IMG/VR virus record: IMGVR_UViG_3300030419_004148
Location: 1-64,000 of that record
DNA from: a virus
Length of the DNA stretch: 64,000 nt
Direction: 5' to 3' (one strand)
The translations under genes were made by a program, and so were the position numbers. Positions 61,201 through 64,000 of the stretch are shown here, piece after piece (positions within the stretch are counted from its first letter, which is position 1; each line of letters opens with the position of its first letter). The notes under the pieces were generated by a model. It was given only the letters and a program-made list of their open reading frames with translations, was not told where the DNA came from and did no database searches.

Positions 61201-63999
61201 AGGTGAATCTGTACCTATACCTACTCTTTGACTACTATCTACTGTTAATCCAGTAGTTCCGGATGTCATTAAAATAAGTGTATCTGCACCACTTCTATCC
61301 AGACCAGTGTCATCATCACCATAAAATCCGTAAGTAGCTGTACTTGAATCTGGATATAAATCTATTGAAGGTGCACCAGTAGCATTTGATGCAAATAACG
61401 TACTTGAATTTAAGTGTATACGAGGTTGACTTGCAGCATAAAAATCCATTCTATTACCATATCTATACAAACCTAATGTTGAATCTGCACCAAGAAATAA
61501 CTTACTATAACTACCATCGTTAGCCATACGCACTGTTTCATAACCACCAACAAAGAAACGCATTGTTTCTAAAGCGTGATTATAACCTATGTGCCCTATA
61601 GCATTACTTGAAGTATCTCCGAATAACAACCTACCTTCGTGTGCGTCATCACCTACATCAATAAGTATACCTTTGTCATTAGCAGAAGTTAAAACGTGTA
61701 AGTTACCATTTGTATAAGTCAAATTAGCAATACCTTCAATAGTGTTAGCACCTGTCCATATAGCTAGTTGATTATCTACAGGTGTTCCCGATTTAGAAAC
61801 GTCACCGGCTGCTGCAACAGCAGTAGTTACATAAGCAGTAGAAGCTGCTTTAGTACTGTTATCACTTGAAGTCATTGTTCCAACAACCGGAGTAGTGTTG
61901 AAAGTAGCAAGACCTGCTTCTGACATATCAAAAGATAATGCAGTTACTTGACCTGTATCATTATCAACACCTGTGATGTTTAAGTCTTTATCTGTGCCTT
62001 TAGCTTGTAACCAGACATTATCATTAGTATCCATATAAACACTAAACTTGTTACCACCAGCTTTACTAAATTTAACATCTCCACCAGCGGCATCAAGTGT
62101 AATGTCATCAGCGACATCTAAAAGAAAATCTCCACTAGACACATCATATTCATTGTCTGATATAGTAGTGTAAGAACTTGAACCAGCTGTTATACTTCCT
62201 TTAACATCTAATTTAGTAGCAGGTCCAGTTGTGCCTATACCTACATTACCACCACCAGCAATAGCTACTCTATTAGTTCCAGCTTCTTGGATAGATAATT
62301 TCCCAGCACCGTGCCCTGAACCACTAGCAGTGGATTGGAATTTCCAATTAGTACCACCAGCAGCTGTAGCATCAATCTTTAAAGAAGCACCTGCACTATG
62401 GTCGCCTTCAATTTTAACAACTTCGTGGTCATTACCAGATACGTGTAATGGCATAGAAGGATTAGTTATGCCTATACCTACATTACCAGCAGTAGCTCCT
62501 GAACCTTTGACCATCAAAGCTGTATTAGCTTCATTATCGTTGTAAAATAATCTTATATCTGATTCAGTTTTAGAAGCAAGAGCTATGTAATTATCTCCTT
62601 GGTCAGTTCGAAGTGCTCCTGTTACATCTTCAGCTGCATTTGTAAACCCAATCGGCCATCCACTATCACTACTTAATTGTACACTAAATACATCACTAAA
62701 ACTTTGTGGATTAGTCAAACCTATTCCCACGTGGCCTAGAGAATCCATATGTAGTTTTTGTACACCATCTATAAAGAACTTCATATCATTTTTAGCGTTA
62801 AGTTCAATGTTACCGTTACTTTCACTGTTACGAATAAGTAAATTATCTCCACTTTCTTCTATATATCTAAGTGAATCACCAAATTTTAACTTACTTCCCG
62901 TGGCAATAGTCATATCAGTTCCATCAAACGTAAGTTTAGCACTACCTGTAATAGAAGAAGAACCGTCAAAATAAGTCATTTGGCCTGAACTGCCGCCACC
63001 CGTTATTTCTGAAGTGCCGGGTGCGTTAGTATATACTTCTTCGTCTCCCCAATAAAGTCCACTACCCGATGCCCATAAAGATTTGTAACCGGGCGCAGAA
63101 GTAGTACTACCACTTAAAAATGATAATGCACCTCTCAAAGTCATTTCTGTCTTAGGGCTTGATGTTCCTACACCGAATTTCTGACCAGATGTCCTTATAT
63201 ACCAATTTCTATTATCATTACCTAAATGCATATGATATGAAGAAATAATATGGTCAGTTTGGAAATCTAAAGTAGAATCAGAAGCTTCTAAACGCATTAT
63301 ATAAGCGTTAGTAGATTCATTCTTAAATCTAGCAACGAAACCTGTGCCAGCGTCATATGCATCTATTTTATAACTGGGGTTAGTAGTACCTATACCTAAA
63401 TTACCAGCAGCATCTATACGAACTCTTTCTGAACCACTAGTAAAAAACGATGTTATACCGTGGTCATAAGTGGTTGCATTTTTCTGTGTCTGTCCTACTT
63501 TGAATTCAGACAAACCTACATTTGGAGTAGCATTTTTAATATATTCTAAAGAAACTGCATAATTCCAATTGTGTGAATATCCTAATGTCAATTTAGGATT
63601 ACCACTGTTACCCATCACCCAAAGATTACCTTGACCATAACCTAACAACTGAACGTTAGTACCATCTAATTCGATACCATCCTCAAATCGAGCTGCGTAT
63701 CCATTAGAGCCTTCTACAACGTGTAGTTTTCTAGAAGGTGTAACAGTTCCTATGCCTATATTACCAGTAGCACTGATACGCATTCTCTCAGTACCACTTG
63801 TTGCAAATTTAAGAGGAATGTCTCCAGTTCCCCATACATAATTTTCATCAGTGTTATTATTGTGTCCTATCTGGAACACTTGAGAACTCTGATTATATAC
63901 CTCAAGTCCACTTGCTGTAGAATCTGCTTGTGTATTTTTTAATTGTAAAGAAGCATTACCTGCTTGAGTAGAAGTTAAAACTAGTTTTTCACTAGAAGA
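58228..63999 (-). CDS. long fibre protein with about 13 GxVGIGTxxP repeats, 5'-truncated by the window edge
   Basis: Frame is open to the end of the window; repeated GNVGIGTTAP-type units. Confidence 0.85.
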   Translation of the reverse strand, partial: SSSEKLVLTSTQAGNASLQLKNTQADSTASGLEVYNQSSQVFQIGHNNNTDENYVWGTGDIPLKFATSGTERMRISATGNIGIGTVTPSRKLHVVEGSNGYAARFEDGIELDGTNVQLLGYGQGNLWVMGNSGNPKLTLGYSHNWNYAVSLEYIKNATPNVGLSEFKVGQTQKNATTYDHGITSFFTSGSERVRIDAAGNLGIGTTNPSYKIDAYDAGTGFVARFKNESTNAYIMRLEASDSTLDFQTDHIISSYHMHLGNDNRNWYIRTSGQKFGVGTSSPKTEMTLRGALSFLSGSTTSAPGYKSLWASGSGLYWGDEEVYTNAPGTSEITGGGSSGQMTYFDGSSSITGSAKLTFDGTDMTIATGSKLKFGDSLRYIEESGDNLLIRNSESNGNIELNAKNDMKFFIDGVQKLHMDSLGHVGIGLTNPQSFSDVFSVQLSSDSGWPIGFTNAAEDVTGALRTDQGDNYIALASKTESDIRLFYNDNEANTALMVKGSGATAGNVGIGITNPSMPLHVSGNDHEVVKIEGDHSAGASLKIDATAAGGTNWKFQSTASGSGHGAGKLSIQEAGTNRVAIAGGGNVGIGTTGPATKLDVKGSITAGSSSYTTISDNEYDVSSGDFLLDVADDITLDAAGGDVKFSKAGGNKFSVYMDTNDNVWLQAKGTDKDLNITGVDNDTGQVTALSFDMSEAGLATFNTTPVVGTMTSSDNSTKAASTAYVTTAVAAAGDVSKSGTPVDNQLAIWTGANTIEGIANLTYTNGNLHVLTSANDKGILIDVGDDAHEGRLLFGDTSSNAIGHIGYNHALETMRFFVGGYETVRMANDGSYSKLFLGADSTLGLYRYGNRMDFYAASQPRIHLNSSTLFASNATGAPSIDLYPDSSTATYGFYGDDDTGLDRSGADTLILMTSGTTGLTVDSSQRVGIGTDSPDKKFVIRTGGTRDFKFYDYDMTYESSLGIRAKNDGYLGLVTEGDNDVFISTNGFANKRLVVKSDGDVGIGTTAPNAPLDLLNTSTQQRWSYDTTYYTDMTVANDGDTQLQAKEGHLTLKTDTGGKNIRLDSKGNVQADLGGSAGTYLFKVVDSSQNWLFTVHDDGLVGLHGSDPTIEIKERSSAPNHTDTFGKLWVKNDDPANLYYTDDDGNDIALTNNGSIAGGGGTPGGSNKEIQFNSSSSFGGSKLLYETTGTNNAKIATTGSFYLYAGDNFHFNSADAISFEPDEADQTGGDIKIYNYRGGTEYATFKGSTQRLGIGTNGPNYKLDVNGDANVQSTLYLGDSDTKLFRNSNDLYIRATADVLLNDTGGNVGIGTTAPAQLLDVSGGSIRGYDGTREVMIKPTNSVPGNDTYSSIFGSAGLMLGTTGDSYVDIWNTEGRYTRFRHATGSTTDGAMTHISGAATSTEFFRIKPTGTNYQKDAYLYATRHVTLASAENLYLDANANMTVSYDGEFNIYNDQGTAAPITIRSGSHASMEFEADGDIQFKDNTTDLMILTSGGRLGLGTTAPDRLLHIHGASTTYFKMSNGNTGEGGSDGFEIIQDSADINFKNRENGAMTFGTNGTTRALIDGDGLFAINTTSPSDLLTVAGDDNSSTQLGIYAYSATDDKTAKIFLNKSANSTAGSHTTVANGDYLGLLAFRGSDGDSFEIGAQIRGQATQDFGAAARGTDLIFSTVDNSTTTLDDRMAITQDGKVGIGLTNPSEFVHIKHASTNSLLLLESGDNIASLRIKDPSSTQFINSDGGYLSMGTNSSLNAGNLNVSSDGKVGIGITNPSTKLHVAGDWNLNDMIKESTLSTAHVTSRLEYSLTQATYIVDATNTQIQNAVVGTETNYFEILPEPAASVGTPTTITTQLPNTNGLNVGGFVTLFQRTSSNPQAALSVVVDPGSGDVIYEGNSNSASATVTIAGYRGANKTFCKVASGVWVVKD

Positions 64000-64000
64000 A

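Noticed and set aside
11339-62545. Short antisense ORFs nested in long genes
   Set aside because: They fully overlap well-supported genes and have no RBS or recognisable motifs
58228-63999. Diversity-generating retroelement acting on the fibre repeats
   Set aside because: No reverse transcriptase and no adenine-specific TR/VR pair seen; the repeats are short coding modules

Overview
The window looks like about two-thirds or more of a tailed archaeal virus genome (Caudoviricetes, siphovirus-type tail). Evidence for an archaeal host: TATA-box promoters, GGTGA-type Shine-Dalgarno sites, an archaeal-type tRNA body, aIF-1A, PolB with a PIP box, an archaeo-eukaryotic primase and an Hjc-like resolvase. 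A Thermoplasmatota (magrovirus-like) host is my inference, not a database result. Plus strand 1-30.0 kb: a repeat-rich left end; an early region with an atypical tRNA, a Zn-finger/GNAT-like protein next to an M28/M20 peptidase, several structured intergenic RNAs and many micro-ORFs; a DNA methyltransferase; replication genes; a glycosylation cluster; and a class II ribonucleotide reductase. Minus strand 30.0-64 kb: tail and neck morphogenesis (tail-tip proteins, tape measure, -1 frameshifted chaperone, two paralogous tube proteins, head-tail joining proteins), large LamG adhesins and a fibre truncated by the window edge. Capsid, portal and terminase are not in the window. Most interesting: (1) a canonical bulge-helix-bulge motif at 6049-6214 predicting a 153-nt excised or circular viral RNA with a stop-free frame; (2) a tRNA with a Glu/Asp-type body and aberrant anticodon loop next to the GNAT-like/peptidase pair; (3) strong ACGGC/GCCGT enrichment confined to the first ~7.5 kb, with apparent window-wide avoidance of GATC, CATG and CCWGG. 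All counts and RNA folds were made by eye and need computational confirmation.
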